A stretch of DNA of 64,000 nt, taken from contig JBKJVH010000205.1 of NCBI GenBank assembly GCA_046590985.1, positions 3,401 through 67,400 on the forward strand, in the 5' to 3' direction. Shown piece after piece: positions 54,861 to 63,941 of the stretch. Under the pieces are notes generated by a model that searched no databases, had not been told where the DNA came from, and was given only the letters and a program-made list of their open reading frames with translations. Position 1 is the stretch's first letter. Every line of letters starts with the position of its first letter. Position numbers and translations under genes: made by a program. This DNA comes from Mycobacteriales bacterium. GTDB taxonomy: Bacteria; Actinomycetota; Actinomycetes; Mycobacteriales; SCTD01.

Positions 54861-57677
54861 TCAGCGGTCGGCCGAGGTCACGTGACCCGCTAAGGCGAGC
54901 GCTCGGTCGAACATGTCAGCCGAGCATGGTGCCGGAAGGACGGGGAGGTCGTCGGCCCCGAGCCGGTGCGCCATGTCGCGGAGGTACGGCGGTAGGGCGG
55001 CAGCTCCCTCGCTGGTCCGCCGAGCGACCGCGTCGGCCTGTCCGAGCAGCAGCAGTGCCTCCTCGCGGCGCCCCGTGAGTCCCGCCGCGAGCGCGATGCC
55101 TGCCGCCACCTCCACGCCCCACAGCTGGTCGCTTCGGCCGCCGGATCCAGCGAGCGCGGCGGCGAGCAGGGGAGCCGCCACCTTGGCGTCGCCGGCTTGT
55201 AGCAGGGCCTCGCCGAGGGTGCGCTGCGCGTCGGCCATGAGCACCGAGGGCCCGAGGCGTACCGCGACCGAGATCGCCTCGCGCGAGGACAGCTGAGCGC
55301 CCGCCGCGTCGCCGGCGTACAGCTGCGCGAGGGCGAGGTCGCAGAGGGCCTGTGCCGCCTCTGCGTCGTCGCGCGCGAGGCGCACCTGGAGCGTGCTGTG
55401 CTTGACCGCCGCCGCGTAGTCCCCGCGCGTCTGCGCTGCCCAGGCCGCGGCGCTATGTGCGATCAGCTGCATGGCAGGGGAGTCTGCGGCAGCGATGGCC
55501 GCATCGCCATGGCGGCGGGCCTCCTCATGTCGCGCGGGGTCGCTGATCGCCTCATCGGCGGCCAGCACGCACAGCCAGCTCTCGGCATAGCCGCGGTACG
55601 TGCCGTCGCCCGCGGGCAGATCGGCTACCGCGGCCAAGAGAGCCGGCGCGCGCGGATCACCGCAGTTGTACGCGGCGCCCCCTGCGATGATCGACAGCCG
55701 CGCTTTGGCCTCGCCGTGCAGACCGGAAGCGAGCAGGTCGATGGCGAGAGACAACAGCTCGTCCTGGCGGCCGAGTACGGCGAAGGCTCGGCGTTGTGTG
55801 AGAAGGATCGTCGCGGCTTCGTCCTGACGATGCGTGTCGACCAGTCGGGCCAGCACCTGCCTCGTCAGAGGGAGGTCGGCTGCCACTGCGGCGAGCCTGG
55901 CGGCGTCGGGCTGGCGTAGCGGGTCATGCTCGCGCTCGCGCTCAAGCCACAGGGCGGCGAGCGCGTCCAGCGCTGTGCCGTCGCTGTCAGCAGTGGTCTG
56001 GCGCAGCCGGCGGGCGGTGGCGCGCACCGTTGTGAGCATGTCGAACCGGCGGCCGGCCTCGGTTTCCAGCGGACGCAGGAGTGCGACGTGAACCAACGCG
56101 TCGATCGATGCGCCACCGGAGCCGTCGCCGAGCGCAGTGGCGACGGCGCGGTCGAAAGCACCTTCACAGATCGAGAGCTGGGCGAAGAGCTGTCGGTCGG
56201 GCTCGCTCAACAGCCGCACACTCCACTCCACCGCTGCCGCCAGCGACGAGTGTCGACCGGCTTCGGACACGGCGACGTCGACGGTCGAGTCGCTCCTGTC
56301 GATGAGCTGCTCGACGAGCTCGAGCGGGTTGTGTGAGCGGGAGCGCGCACCGGCCAGCTCAATCGCCAGTGGCAGGCCGTCCAGAGCTCGCCCCAGTCGC
56401 ACGATGCTGTCGCGGTGCGATGAGACGTCGAGCAGCGCGTCCGCGGACCGAGCCCGCTCGGTGAACAACGCCACGACGTCGTCGTCGTGCATCGGAGGCA
56501 CCGGCACCGTGACTTCGCCGGGAACGAGAAGCGGAGAGCGGCTGGTCGCCAAGAGCTGGAGACCTTCGTTCCCCTCGAGCAAGGTGCGCAGCCTCGCGCC
56601 GATGCCAGGCAGCTGTTCGAGGTTGTCGAGTACGAGCAACGACTTGTCGTCGAGTGCGGCGCGCACGCGCGCAGCGGCGTCGTCAGTGTCAGCGAGCTCC
56701 GCCAGCGGGATCCACCGGACGGGAAGGCGGGCGGCGACGTGGTTCGCTACCTCGAGCGCGAGCCGCGTCTTGCCGATACCACCAGGCCCAGTAAGAACCG
56801 TCAGTCGCTGTCCGGCCGTCACCGCCGCCACCACCTCGTCCAGGAGGTGCTCCTGACCGATGCGTCGCGTCAGTGGCACGGGCAGCTGCGACGACGCGGC
56901 CGACACCGGCGGGGTGGCCAGCAGGCTCGGGTCCTGCGCCAGCACCGCACGTTCGAGTTCTCCCAGCGCAGGTCCGGGGTCGACGCCGAGCTCATCGAGT
57001 AGTCGACGCTTCGCCTCGGTGATGCGCGTCAGCGCGTCGGCCTGGCGACCGCAGCGGTAGAGGGCGAGAGCCAGCTGCGCCCAGAAGCGCTCGATGTGGG
57101 GGTGCATCCGGACCAGCCCGGTCAGCTCGGGGACGAGCCGGTCGGACTGACCTCGAGCCAGGTCTGCATCGAGCCGCTGCTGCAGTGTCGCGAGGTGGTG
57201 CTGGTCCAGCTCGACGATCCAATCCGCGGCAAAGGGCTGATCGGCGAGGTCACTCAGTGCCGGGCCTCGCCATTGCGCGAGGGCCTCGCCGAGCGCCGCC
57301 GCCGCGGCCTCGGGACGGCCCTTGTCCAGGGCAACCCGCCCGGCTTCGGCCTCGCGCAGATAGCGGCCGATATCGATGTCCTCCGGCCCGGCGATCAACT
57401 CGTACGCCTCGCGGTGTCCGACGATCCGGCTTGGCTGACCGGGTTCCCTCGCCGGCTCCAGGACGTGCCGCCAGGTGGACATGTACACCTGCAGGTTCTG
57501 CCGGTAGCGCGGCGGGACTTGCTCTCCCCAGATGCCTTCAGCGAGCCGATCCACGCTCACGGGCCGATTCGGCTCCCGGCAGAGCTGTGCGAGCACCCCG
57601 CGTTGCTTCACGCCGCCGGTGCGTACCGGCCCCGAGCCGGCATCGACCTGCATGACGCCGAGCAGCGCAACGCGCAC
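54861..57677 (-). CDS. AfsR/SARP-type regulator (OmpR-like HTH, BTAD, NB-ARC ATPase, TPR)
   Basis: WRGPAL, LYRCGRQADAL, ELGVDPGP, TGPGGIGKTRLA, LVLDNLEQ, LDGLPLAIELA; GTG after GGGGAGGG. Confidence 0.92.
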   Translation of the reverse strand: MRVALLGVMQVDAGSGPVRTGGVKQRGVLAQLCREPNRPVSVDRLAEGIWGEQVPPRYRQNLQVYMSTWRHVLEPAREPGQPSRIVGHREAYELIAGPEDIDIGRYLREAEAGRVALDKGRPEAAAAALGEALAQWRGPALSDLADQPFAADWIVELDQHHLATLQQRLDADLARGQSDRLVPELTGLVRMHPHIERFWAQLALALYRCGRQADALTRITEAKRRLLDELGVDPGPALGELERAVLAQDPSLLATPPVSAASSQLPVPLTRRIGQEHLLDEVVAAVTAGQRLTVLTGPGGIGKTRLALEVANHVAARLPVRWIPLAELADTDDAAARVRAALDDKSLLVLDNLEQLPGIGARLRTLLEGNEGLQLLATSRSPLLVPGEVTVPVPPMHDDDVVALFTERARSADALLDVSSHRDSIVRLGRALDGLPLAIELAGARSRSHNPLELVEQLIDRSDSTVDVAVSEAGRHSSLAAAVEWSVRLLSEPDRQLFAQLSICEGAFDRAVATALGDGSGGASIDALVHVALLRPLETEAGRRFDMLTTVRATARRLRQTTADSDGTALDALAALWLEREREHDPLRQPDAARLAAVAADLPLTRQVLARLVDTHRQDEAATILLTQRRAFAVLGRQDELLSLAIDLLASGLHGEAKARLSIIAGGAAYNCGDPRAPALLAAVADLPAGDGTYRGYAESWLCVLAADEAISDPARHEEARRHGDAAIAAADSPAMQLIAHSAAAWAAQTRGDYAAAVKHSTLQVRLARDDAEAAQALCDLALAQLYAGDAAGAQLSSREAISVAVRLGPSVLMADAQRTLGEALLQAGDAKVAAPLLAAALAGSGGRSDQLWGVEVAAGIALAAGLTGRREEALLLLGQADAVARRTSEGAAALPPYLRDMAHRLGADDLPVLPAPCSADMFDRALALAGHVTSADR

Positions 57678-57767
57678 GGCGCCCTCCCCGGTCGGGGCTG
57701 CTGGTGGGACGTGCGACCCCGCGAGGACCGAATGTACGCCGACCCGACCGGCTGCGCCTCGACAACG

Positions 57768-57800
57768 AAAAGGGTGGACCCCATCGGGGTCCAGCCTCTT
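57768..57800 (-). terminator. Intrinsic terminator with U-tract, probably the displaced glnA1 terminator
   Basis: Minus strand AGGCTGGACCCC-GAT-GGGGTCCACCC-TTTT, starting about 20 nt beyond the left copy of the glnA1-end repeat. Confidence 0.7.
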
Positions 57801-57959
57801 CATCCGATGCGGTGCAGCCCGCCCTAGATGTCGGACAAGTAGCACGCGAGGGAGTCAGCGAGCGTGAATCCGGCCGCTACTCCCTCTGACCCGCGGCGAT
57901 GACTCTCGTTGCTTGTTGTCGTTGGGGGTCGCTCATCGTTGTGTGATGGGACGTGAACG

Positions 57960-58130
57960 CTAGCTGCGCTCCAACCTGTCGAGGCGCTCGTTCACCCGTT
58001 GCAGCTCTGCGAGCACCTGTTCGAGCGGTGCGGCGGACTGCGCTTCTAAGTCGAATGCCTTACGGCGAGGGCCGCGAAGAGCGGCGATCTGCCGCTCGGC
58101 GAGCGTCGTCGCTCGGACGTCGTACGGCAC
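57960..58130 (-). pseudogene. Probable truncated RelE/ParE-like toxin remnant (56 aa)
   Basis: GTG 1 nt after the upstream stop; MPYDVRATTLAERQIAALRGPRRKAF resembles a RelE N-terminus, then turns into an unrelated coiled-coil tail. Confidence 0.4.
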
Positions 58131-58131
58131 C

Positions 58132-58599
58132 TCAGCTTGCGTTGGATCGAGCCGTGGCGATCACACGGCCTTCGCCTCGACGCATCTGCCCGAGTGACTC
58201 GCGGAGGTCGTCACGCTCGAGCCGGCTCGCGTCCACCAGGCGGCGGTAGACCTCGTCCAGCAAGCCCTTTGTCCTTCCCGCCGCACGGAGGTCCTCGATG
58301 AGGTGAAGCACCAGGTGGACGCGTGCGACCTCGAGCAGCAAACGGGGCGACGAGGTCTCCGCGGCCTGCAGCACGCCCTCCTCGACCCACGTGCGAATGG
58401 TCTTCTCCGACATGCCGAGGAGCTCCGCCGCGACGCGGGGTCGAAGCGGTGCGGCAGAAGACAGGTCCCGCTCGACGAGCGCGAGCAGCCGTTGCCGGCG
58501 CTCGTCTTGCTCAGGCAGTGAGCGGGCAACGGACTCAAGCGTCTCGACTCGCTCCATGAGCTCAACGGCTTGGGTGGTCTCGAGCGCGACAGCTGTCAT
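58132..58599 (-). CDS. MerR/excisionase-like HTH DNA-binding protein (possible antitoxin)
   Basis: AAGGAGG RBS before ATG 58599; AAELLGMSEKTIRTWVEEGVL. Confidence 0.75.
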   Translation of the reverse strand: MTAVALETTQAVELMERVETLESVARSLPEQDERRQRLLALVERDLSSAAPLRPRVAAELLGMSEKTIRTWVEEGVLQAAETSSPRLLLEVARVHLVLHLIEDLRAAGRTKGLLDEVYRRLVDASRLERDDLRESLGQMRRGEGRVIATARSNAS

Positions 58600-60186
58600 G
58601 GGTCCTCCTTGTGGGTTCTGAGAATAGCATCGATTTTCGGAAGTGAGCGACGGAGTCGCTACACGCGGGACGTCCCGGATCGAGTCCCGGAGTCCGCCAG
58701 GCGTTCGGCCCGCCTCAGCCGCTTGGCACACCGTGATCGGGTGGGAACTTAACAGCCGTCGCGCGCGGCCCCGCGCGATGTTGAAGTCGAACCAGGGGTC
58801 GCTGCCGTCGCGAAACTCTGCCGCCAGCCGCTGGAGGGCGCAACTCCGAAGGTCGGCGGGAAGGCGGTCGAGAGCCGGGACGGCGTCGGCTGAAAGGGTC
58901 GACAGGTACGCGAGGTCGATGCGCCTGGTCTCCTCGTAGCGGGTCACGTTGTGGCTCGCAATGTAGGCGTCAGGATTGACGGTGGCCAGAAGAAGCAACG
59001 CTCCCGCGGCCAGAGCGACGACAGCGCGGGGCAACCAAGTGTTGGTCAGTCGAACCCCAGCCGCCAACAGCAAGATGAAGGTGGCACCGAGCGCGAGTTC
59101 GACCGCGTCGACGAAAATCCGCAGTCGGGTGAACCCGTACTCCTGCTCGTAGAGCGACATGCGGTGGATGGCCGACACCACGACCACCAACGCGAGCACG
59201 CAGAGCAAGGCCAGTAGCAGCCGCACGATGAGAAGGTCGGACGGAGTCGCACGAGGTGCCGTCCGAACCGCGATGGCAATGACGACCAGGGTCAGTACGG
59301 TGACGACAAGCAACTGCCAGAAGCCCTGACGTGCGTACTCGGCGTAGGTAAGCCCCTCGGTTGCCAGGACGTGCGCTCGCCCGCCGAAGAGGACGGTGAG
59401 CTGGACAAGGACGAAACTGAGGAAGAGCAGGTCCAGCACGACGAGCGGTGCAGCCCATTCCCACCGTCGGACGGGACGCCCCGGCGGTGGTGCGAGGGCG
59501 TCGGTGCAGGGAGGCTCGTGAGCCAGGAAGGCTGCGAGGATCGCGGCGGTTGTGACCGCGCCGAGCACGAGGAACCGCTGCACGAACTTCGGGACGTTCA
59601 CGGCGGGCACGGCACGGTCCAGGAGAGCAGCGTAGGCAGGGTCAGCGGTGGCGAACAGCGCACCGAAGAGCGCCACAAGTGCGGCCGTGACGGCCACGAC
59701 GAGCCAGACCCGCCGGGACCGGAGGCCAGGAAGCCGAATCTGGGCGAGGGTTCGCTGGACCCACCTGATCGCCCGGGGCGTTGCCAGGCCACCTGCGAGC
59801 GCGCCGATGGCCAGGCCAGTCCAGGTTCGCCCACCGACCAGGGCGAGAGTGCCAACGACGCACGCGCCGAGCAGGCAAAGGACGAGCAACCAGGGTGCGC
59901 TCCGCATGACCGCTACGCCGAGGAGGGCGACCGTAAGGGCGACTGCCCCAACCTGCGGACGGGTAATGCGGCTCGTGCGGCCGCCGAGTGCGACGGCCAA
60001 GATGCCAACCCCGGCAAGGAGGTTCGCCGATCCCGCGAGCTGGGGGCTGAGGGTCAGCGCGGCCAGGACGCCGACCGACAGTGCAGAGGCCAGGACCGCA
60101 GGACTTGCTGCGGTGTTCGGTTCGGACGGCCAGAGGCGAGACGGTCGCAGGGCAGCGACGGGCGGCGCAAAGGGATCTGCAGACAC
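58600..60186 (-). CDS. DUF4153-like polytopic membrane protein with no stop codon before the downstream HTH gene
   Basis: LFATADPAY, TYAEYARQGFWQL, RMSLYEQEYGFTRLR, DLAYLSTLSADAVPAL; the frame continues to 58132. Confidence 0.75.
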
Positions 60187-60257
60187 GGTTCCTCCTGAAG
60201 ATGAGCAGGCAAAGTCGCGGCGCCGCGCGTGCGGTGCCGTGCGTGGAGTGACTGGAA

Positions 60258-61250
60258 CTAGGCGGGTGGAAGCGCTACTTGGATGCGACAGCCGGGTGGC
60301 CCGCCGAGGACGGTGATGCTGCCGCCGTGCAGCTCGACGGCCCAGCGTGCGATGGCGAGTCCGAGTCCGGTTCCTCCGTCGTCGGAGCCGCCTCGCGTAA
60401 ATCGCTCGAACACCAGGGAGCGGTTTGCCTCCGCGATCCCTGGTCCCTGGTCCGCGACCTCGAGCAAGAGGCCCCCTTGGGGTCCGAGTTGGCGGGCGTG
60501 CACCACGATGCCGCCGCCTCGGGGACTGTGGCGTGCGGCGTTGTCGAGCAGATTCGCGACGACTTGGTGCAGCCGGGCCGGGTCGGCATCCGCGGTCAGC
60601 TCTGGTGGTGAAACCTCGAGACGGACGTCGTCGAGGCCCGTCTGGTCCACGACGTCGACGAGGAAGCGCTGCACGGCAAAGACCTCCCGGGACAGGGGGA
60701 GTGCACCTCCATCCAGCCGGGACAGGTCAAGGAGCTCCGCGACCAGGTTGCCGAGCCGCTGGGTCTGGTTGAGCGCGGTGCGCATCGTCGCCTCGTCGGG
60801 TGGGGTGACCCCGTCCACGACGTTCTCGAGCACCGCCTGCAGGGCGGCGATCGGGGTGCGAAGCTCGTGGGAGACGTTGGCGATCAGCTCCCGTCGGTAG
60901 CGGTCGGCAGCTGCGAGATCCGTGGCCATCAGGTTGAAGGCGACGGCGAGCTCGCCGACCTCGTCGCGTGAGGTCGCTCGTACTTGGCGGTCGTAGTCAC
61001 CGCCGGCCATGGCTCGCGCGGCGGCTGTCATCTCCCGCAGTGGCGACGTCATCCCGTGCGCGAGAAGCTGCGTGACGAGCAGGGCGACGACGAGCGCGGT
61101 GAGCAGGGCGTAGCGGAACGGCCAGCTCGAGCCGGCCCAGAACGCCAGGCTGCTTGCCACGAGCGACATGCCGACCAGGAGCGCAACCTTGAGCTTGAAG
61201 GACCGCATCGGGTCTAGCGGGCGTGGCATCCGGTCAAGCAGCCCCTTCAT
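60258..61250 (-). CDS. HAMP-domain sensor histidine kinase
   Basis: DEVGELAVAFN, SHELRTP, NLLDNA, DQGPGI, GLGL. Confidence 0.92.
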   Translation of the reverse strand: MKGLLDRMPRPLDPMRSFKLKVALLVGMSLVASSLAFWAGSSWPFRYALLTALVVALLVTQLLAHGMTSPLREMTAAARAMAGGDYDRQVRATSRDEVGELAVAFNLMATDLAAADRYRRELIANVSHELRTPIAALQAVLENVVDGVTPPDEATMRTALNQTQRLGNLVAELLDLSRLDGGALPLSREVFAVQRFLVDVVDQTGLDDVRLEVSPPELTADADPARLHQVVANLLDNAARHSPRGGGIVVHARQLGPQGGLLLEVADQGPGIAEANRSLVFERFTRGGSDDGGTGLGLAIARWAVELHGGSITVLGGPPGCRIQVALPPA

Positions 61251-61933
61251 CGTGGGACCTCCAAGGCGTATCCGACGCCGTGCACCGTACGGATCAGATC
61301 GCTGCCGAGCTTTCGGCGCAGCGCCTTGATATGGCTGTCGACGGTGCGGCTTCCGGCGTCGTCGCCCCACCCCCATAGCTCTGCCAGCAGAGCCTCGCGT
61401 CCGACGGCGACCCGGGGCCGGGCGGCGAGGTAGGCCAGCAGGTCGAATTCTGTGCGCGTCAGGTGTACCTCTTCGTTGCCACGTCGGACCCGGCGCTCGT
61501 CAAGGTCCAGCTGTACCTCGCCAAGGATGACTACCGTCGGAGCCGAACCGTTCAGCTCGGCGGCGCGGTCGGTGCGCCGCAGCAGCGCATGCACCCGCGC
61601 GACCAGCTCGCGCAGACTGAAAGGCTTGGTCAGGTAGTCGTCAGCGCCGACGCCCAACCCCACGAGCATGTCGGTCTCTTCGGCGCGGGCCGTCAGCATC
61701 AGCACTGGAACCGGGCGATCGGCCTGGATGCGCCGGCACACCTCCAGCCCATCAAAGCCAGGCAGCATCACGTCCAAGACGACGAGATCTGGGCGACCGT
61801 TCCGGAAGGCGGTGACCGCGGCTGGACCGTCGGACGCCATCTGTACCTCGAAGCCCTCAGCCCGCAGCCGAACAGCAACAGAGTCAGCGATCGTCGGGTC
61901 GTCGTCGACCACGAGCACCCGGCGCTGACTCAT
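61247..61933 (-). CDS. OmpR-family response regulator
   Basis: VLVVDDD, LDVMLPG, DDYLTKPF, LTRTEF, TVDSHI, RTVHGVGY; TAGTGT 7 nt before the ATG. Confidence 0.93.
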   Translation of the reverse strand: MSQRRVLVVDDDPTIADSVAVRLRAEGFEVQMASDGPAAVTAFRNGRPDLVVLDVMLPGFDGLEVCRRIQADRPVPVLMLTARAEETDMLVGLGVGADDYLTKPFSLRELVARVHALLRRTDRAAELNGSAPTVVILGEVQLDLDERRVRRGNEEVHLTRTEFDLLAYLAARPRVAVGREALLAELWGWGDDAGSRTVDSHIKALRRKLGSDLIRTVHGVGYALEVPR

Positions 61934-61971
61934 GCTGGCGACACTATTGGTCGGGTGTGGCGGCAAGTCGC

Positions 61972-61994
61972 AGGACTTGTGAAGGACTCGTGGA
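61972..61994. promoter_or_regulatory. 11-bp-period direct repeat, putative OmpR-type autoregulatory site
   Basis: AGGACTTGTGA followed by AGGACTCGTGG upstream of the response regulator. Confidence 0.55.
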
Positions 61995-62014
61995 GATTCC
62001 CGCTTGTGGCGGCC

Positions 62015-62526
62015 TCAGGTCTCGTCCCGGCCGGGGTGGACCGCTTCGAGGTAGCGCCAGGTCACGCGACGCTGGATCAGCCCTGTGAACGGGCTGCCGA
62101 GCCGGGCGAACCACCGTGCCGGCCGCGAGAAGGCTGTCACCACGAACTCGCCGATGCCGTCCTCGTCGATCGACACGATGAAGCTCTCCTCCCCGCACTC
62201 CGGATGACCCGAGAGCGTGCCGTACGCGAAGCCCGCTCCGGCTCTTCCACGACATAGACCACCTGGCAAGGCGCCGACGTGTGAAACGGCCCGAGCCTCA
62301 GCCCGATGCTGTTCACGCTGCCGGCTTCAACCCGAGAACCCGGTACGACGGTCAGCCCCGACCCGCGCTGAACGCCCCAGGTCATCACGGTCTCGGCGCA
62401 CAGCTCGAACAATTCACGTCCATGCCCGACAACCCGGGCCGCGTGGAGGTGTTGGTAGCCGTCAGGCAATTCGGTGGCTGTCGCACCAACTTCGGGGTAG
62501 CTGAAGGTCGTGCTTCGGAGTGCCAT
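62015..62526 (-). pseudogene. DUF1990-like gene, frameshifted
   Basis: FSYPEVGAT...APCQVVYVVEEPER in one frame and GFAYGTLSGHPECGEESF...AFSRP in another; shift near 62232-62237. Confidence 0.75.
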
Positions 62527-62594
62527 GGGACGTCACCCTGCCAGACAGGGCTCGCGTTGATTGCGAACCCTGACGGCGACCCTTCTCCGAAGGA

Positions 62595-63008
62595 TCACAG
62601 ATCAACGCGGCGGATCCCTGACGCCGAGACTGCGTACAGGAACGGGCCAAGCTCTCGGCATCGCGCAGCGATGGGGTCAATCGCGGCCAGGAACTGCTCG
62701 GCCATGGCGGCCGCCCGCAAGTTGCCGTTGGTGAGGCAGAAGGCCTGGACTCCGAACGTGATGACTGCCACGCGCTCTGCAGGTCGGTACCGAATGCGCT
62801 CGTCCTTCATGAGAACCGGCCAACCATTCCTGCCAGCGTGAGCCAGCCACTCGGTGTCGACGACGTCCTCGTCGGCTGGGATGCCGTACTCCTCGGCGAG
62901 TGTGCGTACCCGAAGGCCGGCGGCTCGCAGCAGCGTCGGGACCTGCACGCGACCGAGGCTTCGGTCGAGGAACAGCTCGGGGAGCCCTTCCGGGTGCCCC
63001 GATGGCAC
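62595..63008 (-). CDS. PIN-like toxin, VapC45-like
   Basis: LFLDRSLG, DTEWL...GWPVLMKDERIRYRPAE; GTG 1 nt after the antitoxin stop. Confidence 0.8.
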   Translation of the reverse strand: MPSGHPEGLPELFLDRSLGRVQVPTLLRAAGLRVRTLAEEYGIPADEDVVDTEWLAHAGRNGWPVLMKDERIRYRPAERVAVITFGVQAFCLTNGNLRAAAMAEQFLAAIDPIAARCRELGPFLYAVSASGIRRVDL

Positions 63009-63009
63009 G

Positions 63010-63741
63010 TCAGGCCGCGACGCGAGTTGCGATCCGCACAGCGTCCTCGAGCTGCACTGGCGGAATGCCGTACTCCTCGGCGACTGCGTCGAGAGGCTCG
63101 CCTGCCCGGAACAGCGAGAGCGCGTCCTCGATCCGGGCTCCACCGCGGGCAAAGATCGGCTGACCGAAACCACGCGTCGGGTCGACGATGACGTCGGCCG
63201 TCGCGTAGGCCGGAAGGTGGATGAGGCGCGCGTAGCCGTCGTCACCGAACACGAGCCGTCGCAGGTAGCCCTCCACCACCTCGTTGAAGACGCCCTGGTT
63301 GTTGCGGACGACGACGAGGTCGCGCGCGGCCTTCGCGGCGGTCGGGTCGTCGCCGCGCTCTGCGTAGTCGTAGAGCACCTCGGCGCCGTCGGTGTAGAGG
63401 CGCTTCGAGGCCAGGGCGTGCGAGAGCCCGAGCTCCTGTTCCAATCGAATCAGAGCCGGTCGGATGCGCTGCAGGGGGACGCCGGTGCTCCGTATCGCGG
63501 TGAGCACGAGGCCCTCCGCTAGCCCCACGAACGGGATCACAGGACCGCGGCCACTCGATCGGGGAAGGGCCGTAAGGACCGCTTCTCCGACCACCTCGCG
63601 CCGTCCTGGCGCGTGCATGCGGTAGCCGTGGGTCCAGGTTGCGAGGGTGGACGTCGGCACGTCCAGGTACCGCGCCGCTTCGGTGACGGTGTAGAGCGGC
63701 GTCTTGAAGCGGTCGGGCACACCCGCTACGGATCTGGTCAC
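63010..63741 (-). CDS. VapB45-like antitoxin (HTH plus DUF433)
   Basis: PLYTVTEAARYL, GVPLQRIR, LYTDG, VDPTRGFGQPI, AGEPLDAVAEEYG; GAGGAG RBS. Confidence 0.82.
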   Translation of the reverse strand: MTRSVAGVPDRFKTPLYTVTEAARYLDVPTSTLATWTHGYRMHAPGRREVVGEAVLTALPRSSGRGPVIPFVGLAEGLVLTAIRSTGVPLQRIRPALIRLEQELGLSHALASKRLYTDGAEVLYDYAERGDDPTAAKAARDLVVVRNNQGVFNEVVEGYLRRLVFGDDGYARLIHLPAYATADVIVDPTRGFGQPIFARGGARIEDALSLFRAGEPLDAVAEEYGIPPVQLEDAVRIATRVAA

Positions 63742-63941
63742 GGTGGCTCCTCTCGCTCGCTCGTCGACCTCATCATCTTGTCGCATCGGTCCGACATGGA
63801 CTCGCAGGCAGAGCCGTGCCGTAGCCCCCGAACGCCAGCGGCCGCCCCCCGAAGGGGACGGCCGCCGCTCGATCTCTCACGCAACAGGGACGCAACGAGC
63901 CGCTCTTGAAGACGCAAACCCGAAGGTCAGCGCCGTGCGCC

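Noticed and set aside
58132..60186. A single genuine 684-aa protein
   Set aside because: An internal strong RBS, a promoter-like stretch and unrelated halves indicate two genes with a lost stop.
20..63909. Many long Arg/Pro/Gly-rich ORFs in the six-frame track (e.g. 971-2668+, 8589-10799-, 13542-15503+, 20939-22528-, 43593-45323-)
   Set aside because: Shadow frames of motif-bearing genes, expected in high-GC DNA where stop codons are rare.
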